Assembly: GCA_965206595.1 (NCBI GenBank)
Contig: OZ242214.1
Location: 3,456,001 to 3,520,000 of the forward strand
Length of the DNA stretch: 64,000 bases
Source: Candidatus Latescibacterota bacterium
GTDB lineage: Bacteria; Latescibacterota; UBA2968; UBA8231
Reading direction: 5' to 3'
Under the pieces are notes generated by a model. That model was not told the DNA's origin, did not search any database, and saw nothing but the letters and a program-made list of their open reading frames with translations. Of this stretch, positions 28,198 through 38,581 are shown in pieces; position 1 is the stretch's first letter; every line of letters begins with the position of its first letter. The position numbers and the translations under genes are program-made.

Positions 28198-29514
28198 TCA
28201 GCCCGGGTCGCGCAGGTACTCGTGCGGTATGGCCGAGTCGGGCGGCCAGTACCCTTCGCGGGACTGGTGCCAGCGCTTGCCGCACATCTCCGTGAGGATC
28301 GTCCACTCGCCCGGCCCCGGGTCGGGATCGGGGTGGAACAGGAAGCGGTTCGCCCCCGCCGCCCGGGTCGCCCTCAGTATGCCCTCGAGATCGCGTGCCG
28401 GCATGGCGTCGCCGGCATGTGGGGAGCGGCCGGTGGAAACCCAGAAAATGGTCTTGTCGGCGTCGCCGATCGCTTCGAGAGCGCGCCTTGTCTCGTGGTG
28501 GACGAACTCGGTGAAGAACTCTTCGGGGAACCCCATCTCCAGGTCGATCAGGGACCTGACGCCCGGCAGCTCGATGCCGAAGAGGGATTTCATCAGCAGG
28601 AAGGCGTCGTTCTCCGTCAGCGACGGATTCCATTCGACGAACTTCTGCACCCAGCGCTGCACCGTGCCGTAGAGGCCGTCGAAGCCGCGGTGCCAGTAGT
28701 AGTGCTTGGGGAAAATGTAGTCGAACCAGGGGGCCATCTCCCGGTAGTTCTGGCCGGTCAGCGACGACCAGCTGGTGATGCGGGGAATGCCGCCCAGCTC
28801 GACGTAGCGGTCGACCTTGTCGAGGGTTTCGCGGGCCTGCTTCCAGGAGGCCAGGGATGTCGCCTGCCGCGCGCGCAGCCAGTAGAGCCCGTCCTCGTCG
28901 ATGTCGAACAGGATCAGGCCGGCGAAGGTGCCGCCGTCCGCGTGGTAGCGCACCATGTCTGGGGTGAGGTTGCGGAAGCGGTTGCGCAGGCGGGCGATGC
29001 CGCGCTCGAGCCGGTCGACGTCGAACCCCAGGCCGGAGAACTGCCCGCGCTCGCAGTCGCGGATCTCGAAGAGCTCGCCGCCGTGATGCCAGGCGAGCTC
29101 GTAGTGATTCTCGCCGGGCCCGTCGACGATGACTCCCTGCACCTGGGGGTAGCGGTTGACGAGGCTCTGCACGTGCGCCGTGGTGCCGCTGTCGAAGACC
29201 ATGATGTGCCAGCCGCGGGCGCGCGCGTCGTCGAGCATGTCGCTGAGGCCCTTCTCCTTCTCCTGGTCGCGCGGGGCCGGCTCGGGAGGGTCCAGTCCGA
29301 GAGCGGCGCAGGCCTTCGGGTCCTGAGGGAAGGCGGGAACGGTGGTGCCGTCCTCCTGCATGAAGAACATGCGCCCGACGACGATGCCGCGAACGCCCCC
29401 TTCCTCCCAGGCGTCGAAGATCCGCCGGTAGTTGGCCATGTAGCGTTCGAGCGGGTTGAAGACGAAGATCCAGCATTTCATATCGGGAGTTTCGTGATTA
29501 CGGGAACCATCCAT
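28198..29514 (-). CDS. Conserved hypothetical protein (possible TIM barrel)
   Basis: GAGG RBS + ATG 29514; strong coding bias; 'GVIVDGPGE', 'FPKHYYWHRGFDG'. Confidence 0.75.
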   Translation of the reverse strand: MDGSRNHETPDMKCWIFVFNPLERYMANYRRIFDAWEEGGVRGIVVGRMFFMQEDGTTVPAFPQDPKACAALGLDPPEPAPRDQEKEKGLSDMLDDARARGWHIMVFDSGTTAHVQSLVNRYPQVQGVIVDGPGENHYELAWHHGGELFEIRDCERGQFSGLGFDVDRLERGIARLRNRFRNLTPDMVRYHADGGTFAGLILFDIDEDGLYWLRARQATSLASWKQARETLDKVDRYVELGGIPRITSWSSLTGQNYREMAPWFDYIFPKHYYWHRGFDGLYGTVQRWVQKFVEWNPSLTENDAFLLMKSLFGIELPGVRSLIDLEMGFPEEFFTEFVHHETRRALEAIGDADKTIFWVSTGRSPHAGDAMPARDLEGILRATRAAGANRFLFHPDPDPGPGEWTILTEMCGKRWHQSREGYWPPDSAIPHEYLRDPG

Positions 29515-29981
29515 AGTCACCTCGCTTGCGAAGATCAGGCTCTTCAGGCCACGGTCCGGGGGCGGTCGGGTCCATCCGGCTGGGACGCCGCGGTTCGGCC
29601 GCCCTGCATATTCCAGCCGCTGCCCGCGGTTTGCCGGGCCCCTCATATACTTTCTGCGGCGACACTTATCAACCCTCGGCCTCCTTGCATCCCGTCGAGA
29701 GTTCACACGACTCCCGGGCGAACGGCGCAGGCTCCGACACCTACCGCATGATAACGGCTGCCCGGTTCCGGCCTCGGCGGCCGTACGCTGCGGCTCGGAG
29801 GCGCCCTCCCGGCGCGTCCGGGTAAATTGCCGGGCCGGTGAGCGGACCGGGTTGCTCCGGTGTCGGGAAGGCCGCGGGAAGGGCTATATTGAGGGCACGA
29901 AATCCTTGTCGGAAAGAGCTTTTTTCAGGCGGTGTCCGGTTCGGGCGCATGGTCCATCCGCAAGGCGTTTCGATCCCGCCT

Positions 29982-31619
29982 ATGAGATTCCCCCGCACCC
30001 CCGCACCGCTTCACCTCCTGCTTGTACCGATTCTAGCATCTGCCGGGAGCGCTGACCCCGAAGGCTTCCGGACCGGTCCCGGGGCTTCCCCGGGCAGCGG
30101 GGTCGTCCTCTCCGGCTTCGGGGAGGGGGGCATCCAGCTTCCGTACCAGGCGGAGTTCGTCGGCTCGGAGCGCTGCGCCGACTGCCACACTGCCGAGGCC
30201 GGAATGCAGCCGCGCAGCAACATGTTTCTCACCGGGCAGCTGGTCACCGCGGACAACGTCGACACCTGGTTCTCGGAAGCGGCCCTCGATCTGCCGGTCA
30301 GGTGGCCGGAGTGGGAGGCCTCGGAGGCCCCCCGTCCCCCGCATTACCGCCGCGACGGAAACGAGGTCTGGCTGGAGGGACCGACGAGAAGCGGCGAGCT
30401 GGCGCGGGCGCCGGTTCACGCCGTCTTCGGCTCGGGACGGAACGCGATCACCCCGGTCACCCTCGCGCCCGGCAGGCAGAGCCGCGAGCTGCGCGTGACC
30501 TGGTCTTACGTCTTCGACAGCTGGATCATGACCCCGGGATCGACGCAGCATCCCGACCCGGTCGGGTACGTGCGCCCTCCGGAGGAGACCCGGATCTGTC
30601 TCGACTGCCACACGACCCGGGTGGTCTGGGAAGAGGAGATCGATCCCGGCCGCTCGGTTTTCGGGGTGCACTGCGAGCGCTGCCACGGCCCCGGGAGCGC
30701 CCACGTCGCCGCGGTCACGAGCGGCAGGGACTCCCTCTACATTCTGAACCCGCGGCGCTTTCCCGCCGCGGGGCAGACGGAGTTCTGCGGCCAGTGCCAC
30801 CGGCGGGCGGGAGACATCGAGCCCCTTACCGCGATGAAGCGGGAGGCCAAGCTCGCGCGCCACGCCGGGGCCGGTACCATGCTCAGCGACTGTTTCCGCC
30901 TGTCGCCGCCGGAATCGACGTTGAGCTGCCTCGAATGCCACGACCCCCACCGCAACGCCGACCCGCAACGCGACGACTACAACACCCCCTGCCTGCGCTG
31001 CCACACCGAGCCGGAGACCGACCACACCACCGAGCCGGTGATCCTCTCCTCCGACTGCGTCTCCTGCCACATGCCGCTGCAGGAGAACTCCTTCGCCGGC
31101 ATGGACTTCACCGACCACTGGATCCGGGTGCCCGGCGCCCCGCCGCCGCTGGCCTCGCCGGAGAAGGAGAAGTACGCCGACTACCTGGAAGCGTCGTACC
31201 GCGAGGCCATGGTCCGGCCCGGACTCGGCCCGGAGCGCAGCTGCCGTTTCCGCATGCGCCTCGGCGAGCTGCTCTTCGGGATGGACCGCCGGGAAGAGGG
31301 GCTTGTCTGGATCGAGGAGGCCCTGACCTACGGTCCCCTGCACCGCGACCGCATCGTCGCCGGAGAGCTGTTCGAACGGGCGGGCAGGCAGGAGAAGGCG
31401 ATTCCGATTTTCGCCGAAGCGATCCGCCTGGCTCCCGGCAACAACCGCGCCTACCACCACCTGGCGCGGCTGCACCTGCGGGCCGGCGACCTCGCCGCCG
31501 CGCGGGAGGTATTCTCCGACTGGGAGGAAACCCTGCCGGACGACCCGCTGCTCGCCAGGATGCGGGCCGAATTGCGCCGCCGCGCCAGGAACGACCACGG
31601 CAAGGCGCCGGGTCCATAA
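29982..31619 (+). CDS. Multiheme c-type cytochrome (7 CxxCH) with C-terminal TPR-like repeats
   Basis: CADCH, CLDCH, CERCH, CGQCH, CLECH, CLRCH, CVSCH; 'FTDHWI'; helical TPR-like tail; signal peptide. Confidence 0.9.
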   Translation: MRFPRTPAPLHLLLVPILASAGSADPEGFRTGPGASPGSGVVLSGFGEGGIQLPYQAEFVGSERCADCHTAEAGMQPRSNMFLTGQLVTADNVDTWFSEAALDLPVRWPEWEASEAPRPPHYRRDGNEVWLEGPTRSGELARAPVHAVFGSGRNAITPVTLAPGRQSRELRVTWSYVFDSWIMTPGSTQHPDPVGYVRPPEETRICLDCHTTRVVWEEEIDPGRSVFGVHCERCHGPGSAHVAAVTSGRDSLYILNPRRFPAAGQTEFCGQCHRRAGDIEPLTAMKREAKLARHAGAGTMLSDCFRLSPPESTLSCLECHDPHRNADPQRDDYNTPCLRCHTEPETDHTTEPVILSSDCVSCHMPLQENSFAGMDFTDHWIRVPGAPPPLASPEKEKYADYLEASYREAMVRPGLGPERSCRFRMRLGELLFGMDRREEGLVWIEEALTYGPLHRDRIVAGELFERAGRQEKAIPIFAEAIRLAPGNNRAYHHLARLHLRAGDLAAAREVFSDWEETLPDDPLLARMRAELRRRARNDHGKAPGP

Positions 31620-31646
31620 CTGACCCGGGCTTCTGAAGCAGGCTCC

Positions 31647-33653
31647 ATGGAAATGGCTCGCCCGGCGAGACAGGTGAGAACCGGCCTGCGGCAGCACCGC
31701 CCGACGCCACCGCAAGGGGCGGTCACCATACGCGCGGTCCTGCTCGGCCTGCTCATGGCCCTCTTCATCGGCCTCGCCACCCCGTACACCAACATGATCA
31801 TCAAGGGGTCGCTGCTGGCGCACAACGCCAACACCCCGATCGCGCTGTTCACCTTCTTCCTGTTCGTCGGCGTTCTCAACGTCGCCCTGCGGCTCGCCCG
31901 CAGGAGCTGGGCCTTCGACCCCGGGGAGCTGGCCACCGTCTACATCATGGCCATGCTGGCCACCGCGGTCCCGACCGTCGGCTTCGCCGAGTACCTGCTG
32001 CCGATCGCCGCCGGCGTCCACTACTACGCCACTCCCGAGAACCAGTGGGCGGACATCGTCCACCCGCACCTGCCACGGTGGCTGACGCCACAGAGCGAAG
32101 AGGCGGTGCGCGGCTTCTACGAAGGCCTGCCGGAGGGAAAGCCGGTGCCCTGGGAGTTCTGGGTCGAGCCGTTGATCTCCTGGTCGATCCTGATCCTGGC
32201 GGTCTTCTGGGTTTCCGCCTGCCTGATGACGATCCTGCGCAAGCAGTGGATGGAGCACGAGAAGCTGCTGTATCCGCTGGTTCAGGTCGCCGTAGAGATG
32301 CTGCGCGACGACGAGTCCCGGTCGGCGATCAAACCGTTCTTCCGCAACCCGGTGATGTGGGCGGGATTCGCCGTTCCCTTCCTGGTCGGATCGATGCACG
32401 CGCTGCACTTCTATTACCCCGCCATTCCCGACATGGGGAACTGGACGGCGCGGCTCGCCATGTTCAGGGGCACCACCGATCTCCTGGTCATGTTCAACAT
32501 CGGCGTCGTCGGCATCGCCTACCTGCTCAACCGCGACGTGGCGCTGGGGCTGTGGGTCTTCTTTCTGCTGGCGCACGCCGAGCGCGGCCTGTTCAACGTC
32601 CTCGGTCTCGAGAGCACGGAGAAGCTCAGCCGCTTCACCTTCGAAGGGGGTCCCTTCCTGGCGCACCAGACCATGGGGGCGATGATCGTCCTCGTGCTGT
32701 CGGGACTGTGGATGGCACGCGATCACCTGAAGCGGGTGTGGCGAAAGGCGTTCGCCGGGGGGTCGGAAGAGGACGCCGGCGAGGTGATGTCGTACCGCAC
32801 CGCGGTCCGCGGCCTGCTGATCGGACTGATCGTCGTCAGTACCTGGTTGTGGGCGTCGGGGCTGCCCTGGTGGGTGGTGCCGGTCTTCCTGTTCGCCGTC
32901 TTCATCGTCTTCATGGCCCTGACCCGGGCCACCGTCGAAGGAGGGATGCCCCATATCCGCACTCCATTGACCCCGGGGGACTTCGTCGTGTCCGGGATCG
33001 GCACCCATGCCCTCGGCATCTCGGGTGGGATCGCGCTGGGATTCACCTACGTGTGGGCGGCGAACCTGAGGATCTTCTTCATGATCTGCTTCGCCAACAG
33101 CCTGAGGATCGCCGGCGAGATCCGGGGCAGCAAGAGACCCCTGATCTGGGCGGCCGCCCTCGCCGCGGTGGCCGCCCTGGCCGGGTCCGTGTACAGCATC
33201 ATCACCCTTTCCTACGCCCACGGGGGCATCAACCTGCAGCAGTTCTACTTCGTGTACGTGCCGCAGCAGGTGGGAAAGAACATGGCGATCGCCCTCACCA
33301 ATCCGACCGTGCCCAGCGCCAGCGGCTGGCTGTTCACCGCTCTCGGCGCCGCGGTGATGGGCCTGTTGACCTGGGTGCGGGTGCGCTTCACCTGGTGGCC
33401 CATCCACCCGCTCGGGTTCGCCGTGACCGAGTACCGGCTGATGAGCTTCGTCTGGTTCAGCGTGCTGGCCGCCTGGGGAATCAAGTCGCTGGTGCTGCAG
33501 TACGGAGGGCCGGGGCTGTACAACCGCACCAGGCCGTTCTTCCTCGGCCTGATCTGCGGCCAGATCTGCGTCACCGGCTTCTGGCTGATCGTCGACTTCT
33601 TCACCGGGGCGCAGGGAAATCTGCCGCTCCCCTGGCACGCCTCGTTCGTGTAG
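31647..33653 (+). CDS. DUF6785/DUF6784-like polytopic membrane protein
   Basis: 'YYATPENQW', 'FYEGLP', 'RKQWMEHEKLLYPL', 'WWPIHPLG', 'PFFLGLICG'; many TM segments. Confidence 0.85.
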   Translation: MEMARPARQVRTGLRQHRPTPPQGAVTIRAVLLGLLMALFIGLATPYTNMIIKGSLLAHNANTPIALFTFFLFVGVLNVALRLARRSWAFDPGELATVYIMAMLATAVPTVGFAEYLLPIAAGVHYYATPENQWADIVHPHLPRWLTPQSEEAVRGFYEGLPEGKPVPWEFWVEPLISWSILILAVFWVSACLMTILRKQWMEHEKLLYPLVQVAVEMLRDDESRSAIKPFFRNPVMWAGFAVPFLVGSMHALHFYYPAIPDMGNWTARLAMFRGTTDLLVMFNIGVVGIAYLLNRDVALGLWVFFLLAHAERGLFNVLGLESTEKLSRFTFEGGPFLAHQTMGAMIVLVLSGLWMARDHLKRVWRKAFAGGSEEDAGEVMSYRTAVRGLLIGLIVVSTWLWASGLPWWVVPVFLFAVFIVFMALTRATVEGGMPHIRTPLTPGDFVVSGIGTHALGISGGIALGFTYVWAANLRIFFMICFANSLRIAGEIRGSKRPLIWAAALAAVAALAGSVYSIITLSYAHGGINLQQFYFVYVPQQVGKNMAIALTNPTVPSASGWLFTALGAAVMGLLTWVRVRFTWWPIHPLGFAVTEYRLMSFVWFSVLAAWGIKSLVLQYGGPGLYNRTRPFFLGLICGQICVTGFWLIVDFFTGAQGNLPLPWHASFV

Positions 33654-33681
33654 GCTCCCTGCCGGTGGGGCGGCGGCTATT

Positions 33682-35640
33682 CTACTTGTAGTGCACGAGG
33701 TGCCCCTGCACCGGGAACCAGATCACGTCGACGAACCCCGACAGGATCACCGCCGCTACGTAACCGATGCCGATGCCGTAAAACAGGGGCTTGCCCGCCT
33801 GGTAGGCCCTGGCGCCGCCGTAGCGCAGCACGGTCAGCTTGACCAGCCAGACGATGAAGAGGCTGAACCAGTAGCTCTCCGGGCCCGTCGCCTTCTGGAA
33901 GGCGAGGCCTATCGGGTGCAGGGAAAACCAGTGAAACCGGCCGCGCAGGAAGGCCAGGGCCGCGGCCTCGAGGAAACCTGCCGACCAGATCCCCCACTTG
34001 CCGATGTCGAGCACCCGCGGGTTGTTCAGCAGATTGGCGATCTGCGGGTAGACGTTGAAGGCGTACGGCAGGTGCACGGCCCCGCCCTGGTCGTAGGCGA
34101 CCTCGATGCTCGACCAGGAGGTCACCAGGCTGCCGGCGACGAAGGCGGCGAGGATCACCGCACAGACCCGCCCCGGTTGGCGCCTGAGCGAAAAGATGCG
34201 CAGGTGGTGGGGGATCGCCGGCCATGCCGGGATGCGCATGTTGCCGAAGAAGGCGTTGCTCGTAAACAGCTTGAAGGAGACGACGTTCTGGGTCGACAGG
34301 TTGGAGGAGCCGACCAGCTCGGTGATGAAGAAGGTCCCCTTGCAGTTTGCCCAGCTCGCCATCAGGTAGGTGAACCCGGTCGCGGCGATCAGCTTGGAAA
34401 CCACGAAGAACACCACCGTCATCAGCGCCAGGGAGCCGGCGGCGACCGGCACGCTGGCTCCCAGGCTGACCCCGAAACCGATGACGTAAAGGCCGGACAG
34501 GACCATTGCGATCACCGCGGCCCGGTAGATGCGCACCTCGCGGCGGTCGCCGGCGCCGTGCAGAACGCAGGCGGCCACCTCGCGCAGGTGCCGGCGCGCC
34601 AGCCACAGGGACCAGGCGGCGACGGCGAAAATCGCCCCGTAGCTCTCGAGGTCGAGGATGTCCGCCGAGCCCATTGTCTGCCCTCCCGAGCCGACACTGA
34701 ATCCGACCTGGTCCATCAGCCCCATCTTGAGGACCGCCAGCCAGTAGAACAGCACCAGGCTGCCGAGGATGTCGAGGGGACAGAGCCAGGTCAGCGCCAG
34801 GACGATGGGAAGCACCCGGAATGTGACCGTCGGCAACGGCTGCGGCATCACGATCTGGTAGCGCTTCTGGTAAAGCTCGATCAGCGGCAGCCCGGGACTG
34901 AACCAGGTGCCGATGTTGTACAGCAGCGGCAGGAATACGATCCCGAAACCGACCCAGAACAGGCGGGAGTAGAACAGGTCGGGCATGCGCCGCGGACCGT
35001 CGAACCCCCGCGTCAGGTCGATCGGCATCTGGGCTAGCGGAAAGCTCAGCTTCTCGTGCTCGATCCACTGGCGCTGAAACAGGATCATCAGCCCGAGGCC
35101 GAACACCACCATCGCCACCGAGGCCCCGATCCAGCGCGCCATGGCACCGGTCCAGGCGTCCCACGGCAGCGGGGCCCCCTCCGGGAGACCGAGCCAGAAA
35201 GCGTCGACGACGCGGGGGGAGTTCTCCGGAAGCGCGTTCCAGGGCAGGTACGGAAGGATGAGGGTTTCCCACTGGTTCTCCGCGGTGGCGTTGAACCCGG
35301 GGGCGCCGAGAATGGCAACCCAGTAGTCGCTCCAACCCCACATCGGCAGGATGCCGGTGACCCAGGTCACCGAGAACACCGTGAGCAGATCGCCGCGGCT
35401 GAGGGCTGCCCACGGCAGCAGGCGCTTGAGGAGGACGTTGAGGAAGAGCCACAGCACGAACGGCATGATCGCCATCATCGGGTAGTTCGAAAGCACGTAG
35501 GTTCCTGCCGAACCCGCCGTGATTCCGACTACCATGCTGTGGTACCAGTACCAGGCCACGATCGTCGCTATGGCGACGACGATGCCGCGGATCGTGATCG
35601 ACGCGCGTTCCCCTTCCGGGGACGTGGAGGTGGGGCTCAT
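33682..35640 (-). CDS. DUF6785/DUF6784-like polytopic membrane protein (paralog)
   Basis: 'ATAENQW', 'RQWIEHEKLSFPL', 'WFSLHPIG', 'LRYGGARAY'. Confidence 0.85.
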   Translation of the reverse strand: MSPTSTSPEGERASITIRGIVVAIATIVAWYWYHSMVVGITAGSAGTYVLSNYPMMAIMPFVLWLFLNVLLKRLLPWAALSRGDLLTVFSVTWVTGILPMWGWSDYWVAILGAPGFNATAENQWETLILPYLPWNALPENSPRVVDAFWLGLPEGAPLPWDAWTGAMARWIGASVAMVVFGLGLMILFQRQWIEHEKLSFPLAQMPIDLTRGFDGPRRMPDLFYSRLFWVGFGIVFLPLLYNIGTWFSPGLPLIELYQKRYQIVMPQPLPTVTFRVLPIVLALTWLCPLDILGSLVLFYWLAVLKMGLMDQVGFSVGSGGQTMGSADILDLESYGAIFAVAAWSLWLARRHLREVAACVLHGAGDRREVRIYRAAVIAMVLSGLYVIGFGVSLGASVPVAAGSLALMTVVFFVVSKLIAATGFTYLMASWANCKGTFFITELVGSSNLSTQNVVSFKLFTSNAFFGNMRIPAWPAIPHHLRIFSLRRQPGRVCAVILAAFVAGSLVTSWSSIEVAYDQGGAVHLPYAFNVYPQIANLLNNPRVLDIGKWGIWSAGFLEAAALAFLRGRFHWFSLHPIGLAFQKATGPESYWFSLFIVWLVKLTVLRYGGARAYQAGKPLFYGIGIGYVAAVILSGFVDVIWFPVQGHLVHYK

Positions 35641-35680
35641 TACGGGTCAGTAGGATTGCGGCGAATACGCCCCAACGGTC

Positions 35681-36544
35681 TCACCACTCGACATCCATCA
35701 TGTCGCGTCCCCAGAAGAGCGGACCGGAGAAGACGTTTTGCACCTCGGTTATCGCCCGGGTGGTCTCCTCCGGCGGCTCGAGGGTGACCGACTGGTGGTT
35801 GATCAGCAACCGCCTGGCCCCGGCTTCCGCGGCAAGGCGCCCGGCACCTAGGGTGCCGGTCTCGGAGATCGCGCTCGGATAGGTGCGGATCTTCTCTTCC
35901 CGGTGCACCGCCTCCATCACGAACAGGTCGGCGTCGCGCGCCAGCGCCACGACCGCATCGGCAGGCGCGGTGTCGCCGCTGAAGGCGACGATCCCCTCGT
36001 CGGTTTCGAAGCGGAACCCGTAACACTCGATGTAGGGCTGGGCGTGCTCGACCTGGCGGGCGTAGCAGCTCCAGCCCTCTCCTTCCGCCACCTTGCCCTC
36101 ACCGTATTCCCCGACCTCGACCGCGGGAGCGGGCCGCTCCCCGGCGCCGCCGCGCATGTGGAAGGCGTGGACGCTCATCGGGTGGTTGGTGCGGGCGATG
36201 ACGTCGTACCAGAAGACGCCCCTCTCTTCGCTCCAGATCGCCGCGGTGATCTCCCGGATCGGCTGCGGGCCGTGCACGCGAAGGTCCGGCTCCGTGCCGA
36301 TGCACTGGTCGAAGCGGGTCATCAGGAAGCAGAGGTAGTCGGAGACGTGGTCGGAGTGCAGGTGGGTGAAGAAGAGATCGTTTACGGACGTACAGGGGAT
36401 TCCCATCCTGTACATCTTGTATGTCGAGGCGGGGCCGCAGTCGATCATCAGGCGCTGGCCGCAGATCTCGAGGACGAAGCAGGTCCCCCAGCGGTCGGGG
36501 GTCCAGGTCGGAGTTCCCGCTCCGACGATTCTCAGTTTCGGCAT
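35681..36544 (-). CDS. MBL-fold metallo-hydrolase (RNase Z/arylsulfatase-like)
   Basis: 'LRIVGAGTP', 'IDCG', 'FTHLHSDH', 'AFSGDT'; GAGG RBS. Confidence 0.88.
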   Translation of the reverse strand: MPKLRIVGAGTPTWTPDRWGTCFVLEICGQRLMIDCGPASTYKMYRMGIPCTSVNDLFFTHLHSDHVSDYLCFLMTRFDQCIGTEPDLRVHGPQPIREITAAIWSEERGVFWYDVIARTNHPMSVHAFHMRGGAGERPAPAVEVGEYGEGKVAEGEGWSCYARQVEHAQPYIECYGFRFETDEGIVAFSGDTAPADAVVALARDADLFVMEAVHREEKIRTYPSAISETGTLGAGRLAAEAGARRLLINHQSVTLEPPEETTRAITEVQNVFSGPLFWGRDMMDVEW

Positions 36545-36776
36545 TTCCTCGCTCCTTTTGAAAGACTCCTTGCGGCGTCCTGGTGCAGCGCGGCACGCCG
36601 TCCGGGTCCGCAAGCGGTCTGCTCCCACTCTTGCCTGAAGAGGTCGCTGCGAACGCCGGTGGCTGCCGTGACGGAAGTGGGACAGGGTTGCCGAACCGGG
36701 AGGAACGAAGGCTGTCGGCTGCGCCAAGTTCGCTGCGGACGCCGTACTACTCGATGCCGGATCCCTCCGCGCAGCG

Positions 36777-37688
36777 TTACGGTACGTACGGCTGGCCGGT
36801 GCGCCGCAGCTCCTTGGTCACCGCTATCTGGCAGGTCAGGTAGCCGCCCATGTACCCGGTGGCGAACCCCGGACGCGCGTCCCCGATGGTGCCGACGATG
36901 AGGTTGGCGTGCTCGACCGAGATCGAGTAGCGGTCGACGAGCAGGGCCACCATCTCCCGCCACGCCGCTTTCAGCGCCTCTCCCCAGCCGTCCGCCCTCG
37001 CCCCGGTCAGCCACTCCTCCGGGGCCTCGACCACCCCGGTGGTCTCGACCACCGGACTGCTGCAGGGAAAACCGGGTGAGCGGTCGACCTTCAGGGTCAC
37101 CGCGGAGTCGATTTCCACGCCTGCCCCGGTCAGCTCGCCGTCCCCCATGCGGGCGTGGACATCCCCGAGCGAAAGCAACCCCCCCGGCTTCTGGGCGCGG
37201 ATGTGGACGGTGCTTCCCGGCTGGATGGAATTGAAGTCCATGTTGCCGCCGTGGTCGATGGCGTTCGGGGCCCAGGATTCCAGCTGTATGACGCCGATCA
37301 TCGGCCGCACCGGCACGACGAGGTCCGGCGGAAAGTGAATGAGACCGTCGCGCACCGGGGCGATGCAGCGCCAGTTGCCCCAGTTGGGGCCGCCGTTGCG
37401 GTAGAAGCCGTACGGGGCACACTTGATGTCGATGATTTCGATGGCCACCCAGTCGTCGGGGCCGATCGCCTCGACGGCGAAGGGACCGCCTGGCCGCGAG
37501 TGGCGCGGGTGGGTGGCCGCCGCGGTAATCTGGCCCGCCCTGGTTTCTCCGGCAGCCTCGTAGTCGTGGTCGTTGCCCCCCACGGTTTCGATGACCACGG
37601 TCTCCCCGAGCTCGAGAGTTCCTCTCAACTGCCCGATTTCGGGATCGTCCGATCCGCTGTAACTGGGTGTTCTGGTAAAGCGACGCAT
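36777..37688 (-). CDS. Acetamidase/formamidase family protein
   Basis: 'GETVVIET', 'PMIGVI', 'HGGNMD', 'LSLGDVHARMGDGELTG'. Confidence 0.9.
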   Translation of the reverse strand: MRRFTRTPSYSGSDDPEIGQLRGTLELGETVVIETVGGNDHDYEAAGETRAGQITAAATHPRHSRPGGPFAVEAIGPDDWVAIEIIDIKCAPYGFYRNGGPNWGNWRCIAPVRDGLIHFPPDLVVPVRPMIGVIQLESWAPNAIDHGGNMDFNSIQPGSTVHIRAQKPGGLLSLGDVHARMGDGELTGAGVEIDSAVTLKVDRSPGFPCSSPVVETTGVVEAPEEWLTGARADGWGEALKAAWREMVALLVDRYSISVEHANLIVGTIGDARPGFATGYMGGYLTCQIAVTKELRRTGQPYVP

Positions 37689-37796
37689 ATCGCTCTTCCG
37701 TGTCGTAGATTTGTCCGGTTTGCTGCAGACGATTGGACAGCGGGGAATTCTCCGCAAAGCTCATTCCGCGGTCAACCGAAAGAAACCGGCCAACTG

Positions 37797-38576
37797 ATGC
37801 GCGCGGACCAGATCTCCAGCGGGGTCACGGAGGCGACCATCGTTCCCGGGCGCGGCGGACTCGTAACCCGGTTCGCCGTGTCGGGACGCGAGATCCTCTT
37901 TCTCGACCGCGCCAGCTTCGAAGACCGCGGACAGCCTGTCCGCGGCGGCATTCCCGTCCTCTTCCCGTTTGCCGGCCGCCTCGCCGACAACCTGCTCCTG
38001 GCGACCGGAACCTCGCTCGGACTGCACGGGTTCGCCCGCGATTTCGAGTGGACGGTTACCGGACACGGCGCCGACCGGCACCGGATGGAGCTGGCGGCCG
38101 GCCCGGAAACACTCGAGGCCTACCCGTTCGCACACCGGTTGACGCAGACCACATCCGTTGCCGACGGCGAGCTGTCCCTCGCTCTCGAGATCGAAAACAG
38201 GTCCCCGCGGCCGATGCCGGTGGCCCCGGGATGGCACCCCTACTTCCGCTGCCCCCGTGAAAGCAAGGCCGGTGTCCGCTACGGACTGGGGGACTTCCCC
38301 TGCGAGCAGCTCGGCGACTCCTACGACTTCGGGCTGGAAGCGCCTACGGCCGGGAGAATCGATTTCGACATACCGGGGGAAGGCGGCGTCTCGCTTTCGT
38401 TTTCTCCGGAATTCCGCCACCTGCAATTCTGGACCCTGCCGGATCGCGACTTCATCTGCGTCGAGCCCTGGGACGGTCCTCCCGGCGTCATCAACAGCGG
38501 CCGCCGCCGCCTCGTCCCCCCCGGCGGGACGCTGGCCTGCCGGATGCTGATTTCTCCGATGGAGCGGGGGGCCTGA
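37797..38576 (+). CDS. Aldose 1-epimerase / galactose mutarotase-like
   Basis: 'VRGGIPVLFPFAGR', 'LHGFAR', 'GWHPYF', 'FICVEPW'. Confidence 0.9.
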   Translation: MRADQISSGVTEATIVPGRGGLVTRFAVSGREILFLDRASFEDRGQPVRGGIPVLFPFAGRLADNLLLATGTSLGLHGFARDFEWTVTGHGADRHRMELAAGPETLEAYPFAHRLTQTTSVADGELSLALEIENRSPRPMPVAPGWHPYFRCPRESKAGVRYGLGDFPCEQLGDSYDFGLEAPTAGRIDFDIPGEGGVSLSFSPEFRHLQFWTLPDRDFICVEPWDGPPGVINSGRRRLVPPGGTLACRMLISPMERGA

Positions 38577-38581
38577 CCGCC

